From positions 2,666,001-2,730,000 of the forward strand of contig OU015569.1 of assembly GCA_907165135.1 (NCBI GenBank): DNA of 64,000 nucleotides. Direction: 5' to 3'. Position 1 is the first letter of the stretch. Every line of letters starts with the position of its first letter. A program made the position numbers and the translations under genes. The notes beneath the pieces were generated by a model. That model was not told where the DNA came from and made no database searches. It saw nothing but the letters and a program-made list of their open reading frames with translations. This document shows positions 37,560 through 50,373 of this stretch, in pieces. The DNA is from Oikopleura dioica (taxonomy: Eukaryota; Animalia; Chordata).

Positions 37560-38168
37560 TGAACTTATCAGCCTCCAGTCCTACCATTATCGCTAAAAAA
37601 ATAAAATATAAACGATCTTGTACCCTGTATATCCCTGTTTTTACATTACGTATTAGCAGAACCTCACGTTTTCTAAATCATGATGTCAAAATGCGAGTTT
37701 TTAACTTGACAGTTCGCAATCCAGAGAAGTACATGCTGCATGTAACATACATCTCTCAGCTGTACATTAATCAAGTTCTGAAAGACGACATTCAAAATAA
37801 TAATTATTAGGCGCAATGTACATCATCGTGTTATAATTTATGTCTAATTGATCATACTCATGCGTATTTAATGAAAAAAGGGTTTTACTAATTGCGGAGA
37901 CATGGAAGACTTTCTAAGTAGACTCGATTGAGCTCAAAGCGATGCATATCATATCATATGATTCATATGCTTTGTTGAATGACACTGTTCCTCTAGCAGC
38001 AGAGAAAGAAGTCATGAAATGATTCTGATTTCTTTCTTTGATCATTTCTTCCGCAGTTCATGTGTATTCGAATGTTGTAAGTGTGTGGGCAGTGCGTGAA
38101 AATCGTGTTGAACATACAAGAATATAAATAATACTGCCGGTGAGCATTCGAATCTTCTTCTTGGGGGA

Positions 38169-41100
38169 TTACAGGTTGAATTTTTTCTTTCGGGCGGCGT
38201 CGTAAGACGGCAAGAACGAAGTCGCTTCGAAAACTCCATCCTGTCTGTCTGACAGATTCTTTATGATCGCTTTGGAGATGACGTCTCCACTGGCGACGGC
38301 GATGCTCTTGTTGAGACAGAGAGCCAGATTCTCCGGGTTTATAAGTGCGTCGTTTTCTCTCGGAGCAAGGATGTGAGAAATATCATCAATATGCTATAAA
38401 CAGGGTTATTTGAATCGAACAGAAAGTAGTACCTCTTCTATATCAGTCCACATGATGCTCCTTCCAATAATAGTTGCTCCTCCAGCAGCAAGAATTCGTG
38501 AAAAGCTCGAGGAAGGACAGCCCCGGCCCCCGTGGTACATGAGCCAGACTTTCCACCGCGCAAAAACCTAAATAAGTGATCAACTGGAAGTAAAGCGGAC
38601 AAGTCGTACTTTTGTTCGGGGTTGATTTGGAGGCGTTCGTACCACTGCATGATGGCACGGACGACATCCCTTGACTCAGACTTCGATCGCATTGCCTTCG
38701 CATCGGTGTTTTCTGAAATGTTCACCTCGTGAGGATAGTCCAGTGGGTCCAGCCATTTCCTTAGATGTGAAAGTTAGATAATAGTTTTTATCAGCCCGGT
38801 TTTAAAAAAGTTTACTTGTCATTCTGATGGTAGCTGTTTTTGACATAAGACACGTGACAGCAGGGTATGCCACTGACGATAGCAGCGCTGATCTTCTCGT
38901 TCCTAATCGGATCTTTCTCGAAGATCAGCATCGTCGCCTTTTGATCGTAAGAAGTAGCCGTAGAAACCGAGCTGCCATTTATCTCTGAAAAAGTGATTCA
39001 AAGGCGACTAGACCTACTTATCCTCACCTTCAATCATCTTTTTGAGGGTCTCTTGTGTGGCCTTTGAGACGAGCGAAAAAATAACTCTGTGCTGTTGATT
39101 AGCTATCCTGTCCAAGCGATCGGGCGACTTTAAATCGACCGTGCGGTCATTAAAATCGCCGGAGCTCAACTCCTCAATTTCGTCATGAGGACTGTCGACT
39201 CTTTTAATCTTATGAGCGCTATCGTCATCGCTTCCAGAAAAACATCGCTGGTCATCCTCTTCAATGTCTAAGCGACTGCGGGTTCGTTTGTGTCGTCCCC
39301 TCCTGCCACTAGGCGTTACCTTTTGAAAACATTAATTAAAATTCAATCGTTAACTGTACCGATTTGCGAACACTATTTGGATTGAGCTCATTTTTCAATA
39401 TCGGAAAAAGTGGCTCCTTTGCCCGCTTGATATTTTGGAATTTGTCGACAGCTAGAAACAAAATTGACAAAACTGATAAAAAAATTAACCAACCTGGTAC
39501 TCTATTGGTTGAAAGAGCATGCAGGAGCCATGAAAACTTCACGAGGCAGATACTGTACTCATCCGTTAATTTTATGATTTCGTCGAGAGCCTCTCCTTGC
39601 GCCATATCGTCGGCGATGACACAGTGGGTAATGTTTTGGCTCCCGTCGAAGGCGTAAGTGATGACGGCGCCCATACCTTCGACTTTTTCGACTAAATTTC
39701 TATTCCGCTGTGATGTAATGCTCTCGTGTATATACAGGCTGTAGCCGTCGAAGATGCCTTTGTCCGAATTGTCGAATACAAGCTTCGGAATGGGAACGTT
39801 TTGCGCTTTTGGCGTCTTCGGCTCTAGCGCTCGTCTTTCTCGATCTCTTATCGCTGACTTCGAATAGATGCCAATTCCGTCCCGCTTGCATCTGTCTACG
39901 TCCGAGTCTTTCACCGCTTGCTTCAATATTCGCTTGCACTCTGAGGTACTCGGCAGTGTTGGATCGCGCATGTTCTTTGGTGTCTCGACGAGCTTTGCCA
40001 TTTCCGTCAAGTTGGGTCTGCTCGCAATGTGAGGAGTCCGCTGGTTCGCGTTCGCTACACAAGGCGACTCGACCATCACTGAGCCATATCTGTCCGCTTT
40101 TCGCTTTTTTGAACTGCTTGGAATAGGCTTCGGCAGCGCTGGCTTTGGCTTTTGACCAGCTGGTGCGAAATCATCCATCGGCACTGAATGCCAAGTCAAC
40201 GCGCTATCACTAAGGCTCTGTTCTAGACAAGCGAGTATCCAGTCTAGAGTGACGCACGACAAGCCAGAAGAAATGGCCTTGAGTTGTTTAGGCCCATTCC
40301 AATCAGGCGCAATCACATGGGTCACATTTCTATCCATCGAAGCCGAGAACGCACCGCCGCCAGCTTCGACCGCTTGACGCACCATTTTCTTCTCGTTTTC
40401 TTGGTACTTCGCCGTGCAAAATCCCGCTCCACTGAAGAGTCGTGGAGAACAGCACCAGTAGACTCTTGTATTCTCACGCTCTTCAACGCTCTCGATGTCT
40501 TCCGTATTTTCCAAGCCTTCGAAATAGAAGCAGCTCTCGAAACTCCCTTCCCAGTCGTCCAAGTCGCCTCTTACCAGCAAGAAGCTAACCGCATAGTCCA
40601 CCTTCTCGTTTCGATCGTAATTGGCAACGAGCGTGCAATTTTTCCTCGCCCAGAAGTCCTCAACGCCGAACACCTTTCTCATGGGATGATCCTCTCCTCC
40701 GGGCAGAATTCGAATTGTTACCAAGCTTGGCTCCTCGTATGTTTCACGTTCAATTGGCAGTGGTATATTTGATTTTCGTGTGCTGTGATTCGGTGCTTCC
40801 CTTGTTGTTTCCCTTGTTGATGTATTGTGATTAATAAATGTGCTTTTTCGTGGTGATCTGATATGTGAGTTGTGAAGAGTAGATTGAACTGCTTGACTCT
40901 CGGTCACCTCTAGAATGAGTCTTTTAATGATCAACTGGTTCAACTTCTTTGTTACCTAGAGTTCCGAACGTCGACTGTTCGAAGTCTCCGTTTTCGGGAT
41001 TCTTTGGAATATCTCCATTGAAAGAGCGCGCTTCAATTCTCAGTGTCTCATCTCCTTCGTTCACTGTGCCTTCCATATTCAGGACCTTGTAGCCGTCCGG

Positions 41101-42597
41101 GTTCTCTCTTTCGCCATTTTTAATTGTGTTTATCACCCAGAAAAGATCGATCGCTAAAGTATTGCTAGTATTGAAAGATAAAAAACTAAAGTACCTATTG
41201 GCCTTCCAGACGTCATCGCTCTCCAGAAGGCAAGATCCTCATTGTTCTCTAAGCTCTGTCTCGCCACGATCATGTGCGTTATACTCGGCGTCAGAGAGTC
41301 GAAAACCATCCCACCTCCTTTTTGAATCAGCTCCTTCAGCTTTTTCTTTCCACGCGCAGGAAATCCGCTGATAAAAGCGCTCACTCGGTTGAAAGCATCC
41401 TCCTCGATGTCGTGATCTTTCGCCGCGAATTTGTCCAGATCGAACATGTCCGTCTTCTCGTCGATCTCGGTTTCGTTCACAATCCCTCTCGAGGTAGTCT
41501 CGATCTGACTCGGTTGCTCGGCAAAGCTAGCAAAAGAAATATTGAATTAACATAAAAGCAATCAAGGAAGAGTACCTCTCTTCGTTGAATTTGTACTTCG
41601 TCTGCTGGGTATCCTGCGCAAAGCCTCGCGCGAGCGAGTCATCAATCCAATCCAACGTGACCGTTTCGATGCCCCACGAGTGCGCATGCTTCAGCTTCTT
41701 TCCACCCGGGCCGCCAGCGACCAAGTGCGTCACTTGGTTTCTGTCCAGCGTGCCGTTGTAACCACCACCGTTGGCGACGACGAGTTTCGAGATCTCGGCG
41801 CGGGATTGCGAGTCAATGTTCGTAACGCTTACCACGCAGCCGTGGAAGATCGGACAAGCGTGGTTTTTCAGCAGATCCTTGTAGAGATCAGAATCGGGAA
41901 CGACAGGGCGAATGTGATCAACCGACAGATTCCAGATATCAGTTATGAAATCGGGCGTAACTGTCTTTATTCTGAAATCAAGCGTTAATATACTTTTCTT
42001 ACCACTCTTCTCTTACCCTAGCTCGCTTGCAACAATATATTTCTTGGAGCAAACTTCGCCAACGACGAGAACGTTTACATCTTGAGTCATTGTCGAGCAG
42101 ATATTTCCAGCCATACGGGTGACTTGAGCTTGTAGCTTCTCGCGATTCGGTTTTGGTATATTCGTAAAACAGATGTTCATCCCTCTTAGTGCAAGAGACG
42201 AAAGACATCCCTAGATAATGAATAGAGGAGAATGAGGAAAACGCGTACCTTGGAGAAGTCTTTTTGTTTTCTTGGCAGAGCGACTTGCAACTGAAGACTG
42301 GAAATGATCGCCCCAACGCCGTAGATTTTCGCTCCGTTTTCGACGAGCCTAAAGTTTGAAAGTTTCATCAACTATCAGCTTGTAGAAATCGACTTACCTA
42401 TTATAGGTATCTCCTGCTAGAGGACTGACGATAAAAATGGACTTGTCGATGTACTGTCTGAGGCAGCTCTTCGAGTTGATTTCGTCGCAGCTTATCTCTG
42501 TCCATTGCAATTTCGCGTTTCTAAGATGAGCCTCTGCTTCTGTGAGTTGTTCTTTGCCCTTGTCCGACAAGGGCAGGAAGTAGATTTTTTGCCCCAT
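38169..42597 (-). CDS. TOPBP1: DNA topoisomerase II-binding protein 1 (multi-BRCT scaffold)
   Basis: BRCT0-2 at the N-terminus (SIFIVSPLAGDTYNRLVENGAKIYG; GNICSTMTQDVNVLVVGEVCSKKYIVA; GGYNGTLDRNQVTHLVAGGPGGKKLKHAHSWGIETVTLDWI), further BRCTs, and C-terminal BRCT7/8 (VFARWKV..FSRILAAGGA). Short introns join the exons in frame. Confidence 0.9.
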
Positions 42598-43169
42598 TCT
42601 TTCTAAAAAGAAAAAAATCAGAGTGGACTTCTCTCTATCTTGAAAATTGGTTTCAGCGAAATGCAGGTTTTCGAGCGGAGGCGCAACGGACAGTCCACGC
42701 AACCGCAAAATTCGAAATAGACATTCTCGAAAGAGACTTTTTACGGAAAAGAAGAACATCGGTTTTCGCCTACGCTTTTGCTTTTTCCAATGATAGATTA
42801 GGCCAACTGATTGGCTACAGTAATAAGTCTTGTTTCCTACCCATTTCCGGTTGGACTCGCCTGTTGAGGGGATAAGTAGACGGAATTTAATTCAGACGTA
42901 AAATTATCTCCGACTATGCCATTCAATATTGTCAAAGAATAATTGGATAGAAAAGGGCGCAGATGTGTGTGAGCTTATCTTCGGATATTCCTCCTCAGCG
43001 GAATGCCAGTTCCCACCGCACTGATTATCACCTGCCCCGGCGGGAGTCCCGCCGCCAGACTCCAGCGGTGCATGCTTATTGATCACTTTGCGCCCTCTTT
43101 CGGACGCTCTTCCGGTATTTAATCGCTCAGCAGAACTCTACATCATCAAAAAAACAAGGAAAACAGAAA

Positions 43170-43868
43170 ATGAGCACTCAATATTTGAAACTCGATGGCT
43201 ACAAAGACTACCCAAGATTCCAGATCAAATTCGTGAAGAGAGGAAGCGACTACTACGACTTTGAGCTCTCCTGCAAATGCAAAATCCAAGTGCCAGACAT
43301 CCGTATTAGAGACCGATTTTGTATGGGGACACTAATGGATGACATTTACTGCGTTTTCATGGACACGATTGCAGCTGTCTACAAGGGAACCCTTGTTACG
43401 AAAGAGGAATCTCTCTGGAACGACCCGGATTTTAGACCAGCAAGGCATCTTTTCTGCAGCAAGGATAAGAAGCTAACTGACCATGTCGGAACTTTCATCA
43501 AACGCAGGCGACGAATGCTGATCAAGAAACAGGGGCCTGTTGAAGGAAGAAATTGCTCTTGCTGTCTCTTTGGGAACGATCACATGCAAGCGAAGATGCA
43601 CACGCATCTTTTCATGAACACTGTATTCGAACCTACTCCTCAATCATCACCTGACAGATCCAACGAATTCAAGAGACTTCCAAAGTCTGTAAAGAAAGTG
43701 GTCTTATGTGCGCCAAAACTAGACACACCAGAGGAAAAGAAGGTGGAGGATACTGCAATCAACAAGGACCAGCAAGTCAAGCGCGAGAAGAAATTCGTCA
43801 AGAAAAAACCAAATCAAGGAAAAGCACCAAACAACATCCGCAAGACAAAGAAACCACCGCGCTTGTAA
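43170..43868 (+). CDS. Intronless orphan protein (232 aa), Cys/His-containing with a basic tail
   Basis: Long ORF with coding-like composition, head-to-head with TOPBP1; AATAAA near 43964. No family recognised. Confidence 0.65.
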   Translation: MSTQYLKLDGYKDYPRFQIKFVKRGSDYYDFELSCKCKIQVPDIRIRDRFCMGTLMDDIYCVFMDTIAAVYKGTLVTKEESLWNDPDFRPARHLFCSKDKKLTDHVGTFIKRRRRMLIKKQGPVEGRNCSCCLFGNDHMQAKMHTHLFMNTVFEPTPQSSPDRSNEFKRLPKSVKKVVLCAPKLDTPEEKKVEDTAINKDQQVKREKKFVKKKPNQGKAPNNIRKTKKPPRL

Positions 43869-44659
43869 ATCATTGCTCTGTAATTCCAAACTCTACTTCT
43901 GCCCTAAATCTACTATTACTCTATATCTTCTTTGGACTCTGGTCCGGTTCGATATCAACAAAAAATAAAATTTAACTCAAGAAAGACGATTTCAAGGGAA
44001 TTGAATTGAAGTTCTTAGGTGTGCATGTATTTCCGATAAAATAAACCTTTTACGGTTATTGCTGTGGAGAGGATAAGATTATTACAAAGAAAGTATGATC
44101 AGTCGCCAAACAAATTTCATACACACAGTTTCTATCTACAGGTAGGTGTGTAAACGACTTTGAGTGATGACATGAAGTCTGGTGGCATTGGAAAGTGAGC
44201 TAGGTTTTCAGATAAGCTTTTTTGATTTTCAGTAGAAACGATATTTATATGATTATATGCAAACGTTCTGTTAGTATGCGCTGAGCGGCGGGAATAAGTC
44301 GAATGTCCAAGTTATCGCAGTGCAGGACGGAAATGAGCTACAAGAGCGCAAGAGTTGAATACTTTGAAAGAAACAGAAAGAAAAGAAAGAAGATCTTTGT
44401 TGGAAATTGTTCAGGATTAATAACGACTTTGAGACTGTTGCTGTAGCTTATCTGTACTTGGATGTTAAGGGGTGTATCACGCACGTTTTTGGATTGTTGA
44501 ACTTGAATGGTCGTGATTTTCTGATGCTCTATGAATGTAAGCTCAAGTTGAATCGTTCTTGAAAGGTTGAAAGTGAAATTGTAGCTGGAAGGCTTGTTTG
44601 AATAACTGAAGAATAACTGTGTATCCGAATATGAGATAGAATGAGCGGAATAGAATGAG

Positions 44660-46617
44660 TTAAATAGGCGAGCCTTGCGGATCTGTGCCCTCTATCAGCA
44701 GCGATTCAAACGCCAAGATCAGCTTGTTCAGACCAAAGAGATAGTTCTCGTCTAAGTTGCAACCGTCGCCATCCCAAACGTGTGCGAAATCAATCATGCG
44801 AACATCCACGCGGGGTTTGTCAGGCCTCCAGCGGTCGTCTTCCGAATCCGAACTTCCCTAATTTACAATTAGACTAATTTGCTCACTCAGCCATGCGAGG
44901 AAGTAACATCGTAATTCTCGATTGAATAACGCGGTTTGCGAAATCGAGGTGTACTAGACTTTTCTAGCTTTAGCTTTAGATTTACCTGACTTCCAAGCTC
45001 TGCTGGAGAGTACCCTTCGTATAATATCAACAAGGAGGAGGCGTAAAAGCGATAACTCGTCTGGGCGGCGAAGAAATCACGAATTAGCAACAGGCGTTCC
45101 AGGATTCCCTTGATTATTAAAATGTTGCGCTCGTAGGGACCCGCCGAAGAGAGAAACTTGCCGAGGCCGATGTTGACGAGTTGATCTTCGTCCAACGATC
45201 GTCCCCACTTCTTGTCAAGCTTTTGAGCCGTTGACCCGGAATCACTGGAGATCTAAACATCGTCAATAATAAATGATTCTTGAGGGAAGATTTTTGCTTA
45301 CTCTGCAGCCTAGAAGTTGGAAGCCAGTGTTCACCAGAGGTGGATATTTGACAGACTCTTTTCGCTTCTTCTCCTCAGTGGCGTCTGGATCGTAGGTCAC
45401 GCGACCCATTTTAATGTCGCAAATGCACGGGTCGCGGAAGGGACGTGTCAGATCCTCCAATCTGATGAATGCGGAATGCGCCGCGTTGGGCTCGCTGGAT
45501 TCCACCACGCCGTAGAATCGAGGACACAAGCTTCGCAAGATCTTCGCCTCCGGAGTCGCCGCCTTCGTAATCTTATAAAATACTGTTATTGAACGAACTT
45601 TGTTAGTGTAGTTTTTGAGAAAAAGGGGCTCATTAAAAGCGTTGGTTCAATTTCGGGCTTCAATTCTTTTGATAAAAGGAAACAGATTCGCAATAAATGA
45701 ATGAATGCCCGTAGACATATTTGGATAACTCAGACCGGGGGCGAGCCCGATTGAAAAACGCTGCGAGGTGACATTGATTGTTCAGTCATCCGTAATACAG
45801 CACAATCATTCCTTTCAAAACGCCGTTCTACATCAAGGCACTCGGCGCCTTTTTCGAAGAATTCTGACTGAACAAAATGATTTAATAATGATTGATTCAG
45901 AAGTCTTCGACAATTCTGCCATTTCAGCACGTAAAAGTGCTCGAAATCAAGGCCCAGTACGAGCTGTAAAAACTTTCATAATCCTATTAAAAGACAAATA
46001 ATAATTTAACATCATGTTTGTTGTAAGTAAGTGGCCGGAAACAACAAGTATAACGACTGGAGATGAAAGCGTCTGTATCGTGTTATTGCGAGTGGAGAGC
46101 AGTCCGCACGCCAAATGAGAGCCCAAAGTGTCGTAAAATTTACGCGCGAGTCAATAAATCTCACTGCCGCTTTTGGTAGCTCAACAACTTGTACCTCAGT
46201 GTAGAAATTGGCTTCTTTCTCCCCGCGTGGAGGCGCTTGGAAAGGTTTCAGCACCGTGCGTGATTGCTGATCGCGATACAGAATGCTGAAATATTCATTA
46301 ATTCAACGTAACGATACATATGCTTTAAGATTGAAATAGGGTAATTGCCAGTGCTATTGTCATAAAATTGTCGTTTTTATGGCCCAAGTGACATTGACAA
46401 AGACTCTCGGATTTGAGTTACATCAAAATGAATGTATCATCAAAAAAAAACTAAAGTACCTATGCCCAGCGATGACGAGCCCAGCATCGATTTCGCGCAC
46501 GGTTCCATTTGGACTTCCCACCTTCTGGATCACCTTGGTCCGCCGCTTCGTCTGGTGCACCGTGCCCCCGCTGCTGCCCGCGAGTAGTTGCACCTTACCA
46601 GAGTTCGTACTCTCCAT
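44660..46617 (-). CDS. IPMK: Inositol polyphosphate multikinase
   Basis: IAGH, VLKPFQAPPRGEKEANFY, IRLEDLTRPFRDPCICDIKMGRVTYDP (PxxxDxKxG), YRFYASSLLILYEG, VDVRMIDFAHV, DENYLFGL. Confidence 0.92.
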
Positions 46618-47760
46618 CGTACTGTTCTGCTTTGTTATCTCTAGCTGGTTGCGAGTTGCCCTTTCTCTGATTTCTCGAAAGCCTTGAGCTTCTCAAGAGT
46701 GTTTTTCAATATTTTTCCAAATCTGAAAATGTCCATTCGAAGTGAGGCGTCCCGTCCGTGGTGGCGCTCTAAATGAGTTTTTTTTCAGTTCAGTTAGTCA
46801 TCATTCAGGAGCATCCCCTGTCGACGGGAACGAACAAGAAGAAGACAAAAAGTAATCGGCACAGTCATCCCTACACCTAGATGAGTTGTTCGCCTCCCCA
46901 GAGACTGGGCAATTGTCGCTAAATTGAACCAAAGCGAATCACAAATGCTCTCTATATTCTTTTTTTCATAAAAGCATAGGAAAAGAGAGCCAATTTTGAA
47001 ACTCTCGATCTATCGTTTTAGTCTTTTCTCAACCCTTTTTATACAAAAGTGTTTACTAAAAGTGTGTAACTAACTTTAATGACTCAATTTTAAGGTGATC
47101 AACAGTGCCCCTCAAAAACGAGAGTGTCTACTTTTTTGATGCTAACGGCTTTAATTTTCTGTTATATGATCCTCTTAAATACTGACATTTTGACATCGCT
47201 ACATGTAGTCGAGAAACTAAATAACTTAATTCTCAAAGAAAAATCAAAAACTCGTCATAGAGGAAAAACAACATCTGATTAATAATGATCTTCAAAACAT
47301 ATGGAAAATACTCTGGCTATTTGTTGACTCGAGTAAGAAACTAGACCAGCACTAGTCAGGAGCATTGATTGAACCGGTTAGTACCAGCCTAAGGCGACTG
47401 ATCCGACTGGTCATGGGATAAAAATGCAACTCATGATGATACTTGTGCTTGAATGCATCATTCATAAGATTGTTTTTTTTTTGTTGAAAAATAAATCTTT
47501 ATTTACCGATTTAAACAAATAGAAAACTAGTTTTGAGCTATGAAAAGAATAAGGTAGTGTACAGAATATAAAAATAATAATAATAAAATGCGGAAATGGA
47601 ATAGAAAAGAAATTGAAATTTTGAAATTGTTGAATTGAGCTGAAAGCAGGAAGGGATCAGAGAAAGAAAAGAAGAGGTCAATTTAGTCACAATGAGTTAG
47701 AAAAAAATAAAACATGAGTTAATCTTGGAAAAATTTAATTCTTTTAAGGACGGCTGTGAT

Positions 47761-49758
47761 TCAGTAGTAATCCAATATCGACGCGACCCGGGCAGCGTCC
47801 AGTAGCGCATTTCGCTTCTGATTTCGTTTGATCGCTCGCAATTCTTCTTTGGCCGCCTAAAGTTCAGGGTATATTCCCATGAGCAGATAATTCTGATTCA
47901 TCTTATTGACCTTCAACCCCAAGAATCTAACCCATTACAAATCCAGGTACTCATCCTAACTTCTGATTCAGTAAGCTTACATCTACTCAGCTCTATTTAT
48001 ACATGACGCCAGATTCTCTTGTTAGGACATCGCGAACTCTGGTACAAGCATTTTCGAAAAGAAAAATATTTGTCTAACTAGGTCAGTTTTATTTAATTTT
48101 CTTCCTTGATTCCAAACTTCACAAAAACCTATTTGAAAATTACCTGAACTTGTCGGTAATGAATTTCCTGCTGAATTCTTTCTTCCTTTTCCTTCTTTTT
48201 AACCCACTTGCGGAAAGCCTTGTCGTTTTCTTGTCGACTCCTGACGTACAGACCTTCCATTTTTTCAATCTCTTGTTGGTGCTAAACACGAAATTAGCAT
48301 GTAAATTGGAATTTTTGACGTAAATATTTGACGAATTTCCATCTCATCAATTAGAAATTTGAATACTTATCAGCGTTTTTGCAAATTACCTGGACGAGAC
48401 GTTTTCGATGGTTCTCTTGGGCCTTCTGTCTTTTCCACTCCTCCCAAATATCTGAAAACCACTTTCTTTTTCTGTCATTTTGGCTTCCTTACCGTTTCGT
48501 TCTTCTTCTGAAAGTTGCTCTTTCATCATTCTGGACGAGTTAACATCATCTTTCGGCTTAAGCTTCTTATTCATCTGATTCTTCTGTTTGAGCCAGGCAT
48601 TGAAACTGCGTTCGGCCTCTTCCTAAACCGCGAAAAATAAGCGAAAATTCAAACGGAAAAATGCTTTACCCGCTTTTCGCTGCGCTCCACTTGCTCGAGC
48701 TCTTCTTCTGCGACTTTCTTCCTGTGTTGAGCAAGTTTACGCTGACGGCCGAGTTTCTTTTGTTCTTTTGTCAGACCATAAGGCGACTTATACTCTGGAA
48801 TTGGATCGTGCCGCTATGAATGACTATTAAGAAGATACCAATTAAATTTAGCTCCTCTTACCTTAGATTTAATAGGACTCTCATCTTCTGGCAATTCGTC
48901 CTCTTCCTCCTCTTTTTCGTCTTGAAAGTCCATTTGAAATGTGCCGTTGACTTCGGTCAAAAACCGCCCACCTGTGCCCAGATCAGCCGCTTCTTCGACT
49001 GGCGGCTCGCTCGTTGTCTGTGGAGCTGTCTGTGGTTCCACTTGTGGCTCTGGAGAGGGGCTTTTCACAATCGTCGCGGGAGGCGGTTGCGGTGTCGAGT
49101 TTTGCTGAGGCGAAGGAGATCGAGGAGACGGACTGTTCAAGTCTCATAAACAAGCTCATTTTCAGAAAATAAAAAAAGTTAAAGCTATATAAAAAAGTTA
49201 AAAGCTGATAGTTGAGTGCGACTATTCCTTTTGGCTGGAGGAATCTGCTCGCCTGGGTACTGTTCAGTTATGTGCGTTTCTCGTGCTAACGGTGAAATTC
49301 CACGGGTAGGGGTTGCGTGTTTCGGCGCTTGCGCAGCTTCGCTGAAGAATTGCTAAATTTTTAGAGAAGGAAAAATTTCTTACTTGTCGTCGAATTCGAG
49401 GACGTCTTCCATGTCTTCTCTGAAGCCGATTCTGGATATTCTTGAGCTTGGGGGCGAGGGATTCGAGTTGAGATCTTCATTCGCGCGCTTTAGACTGAAA
49501 AATGCCACTGTTTTCAAATCATAAAAGACATTCCACTATTCGAGTTGACAAAGGTGCCCACACGCGTTATGCAGTAAATTGTGGTGGCATTTTAGGGGGA
49601 TTCTAGGACACTTCTTTGTTTGCTTACCGCTCGGCCATTGTCGGCGTTGGCGCTAGAAGTGGCGAGGGCGTGTGCGCTGGCGGCAGATCTGGCTCGCTGT
49701 CGGAATCGGAACTGTCCGTATCAAAGTTGATCGAGGGGCTCTTCGAGTCCCGCGACAT
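47761..49758 (-). CDS. Coiled-coil protein, CCDC181-like
   Basis: Three F/I-x-x-W-x-K/R modules (RSFNAWLKQK, IWEEWKRQK, DKAFRKWVKKK) in charged helices after a Pro/Ser/acidic N-terminus, the CCDC181 architecture as I recall it. Short GT-AG introns. Confidence 0.65.
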
Positions 49759-50373
49759 TGTTTCTTGTTCTCTGAAGAGAACGGGGTTGAAGAGAAACTA
49801 TTCATAAATAATCTCATTGTTGCGGGAGTATCATAAATTGCTCTTTAGAAGTGTAGGAATAAGATAATTGCAGAAGTAGGTAATAATACAGAATGGAAGT
49901 TTTGAAAAAAAAACAGAAAAGTTGTGTTATCATCATCAGGCAAGAAAAAAAAGTTTTTAAAGAAGTGAGCGATCATGGTCGAGATGATATTTACATAGGA
50001 GTCAGCGTAGCGAACAAATGGTTAAACGGCTGTAGCAACAGCGCAGATTAATCATCAATATGTTCGACGAAGGAAAGGCCTTCAAGAAGCTTGGCTTTTG
50101 AGAAAAAATAACTAGAGTTGAAGGAAGGGATTTTCGGCTATAATAGGTAATATTATTGGCGTAGTTGCATTTGATATAAGTTTAACCTTTAAAAAGTCTA
50201 AGGCACTTTTTTCGTACTAAGTTTTTTGCGTTGCATAGTTCTTTTTTGAATTAGAACGTAGAAGGCGATTCGATTTCAAGCGATTTCGGAAGGAGTCACA
50301 GCTTTTTCAAAGTCCTAATTTTTGAACAATAGGAAGTAAATATATGCATCAGTCATTCAGTTTATCTGTGATT

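Noticed and set aside
38568-38617. TOPBP1 junction as a fourth one-G-short case
   Set aside because: A legal 50-nt GA-AG intron (CCC|GAACAA...TTTAG|GTT) restores the frame equally well.
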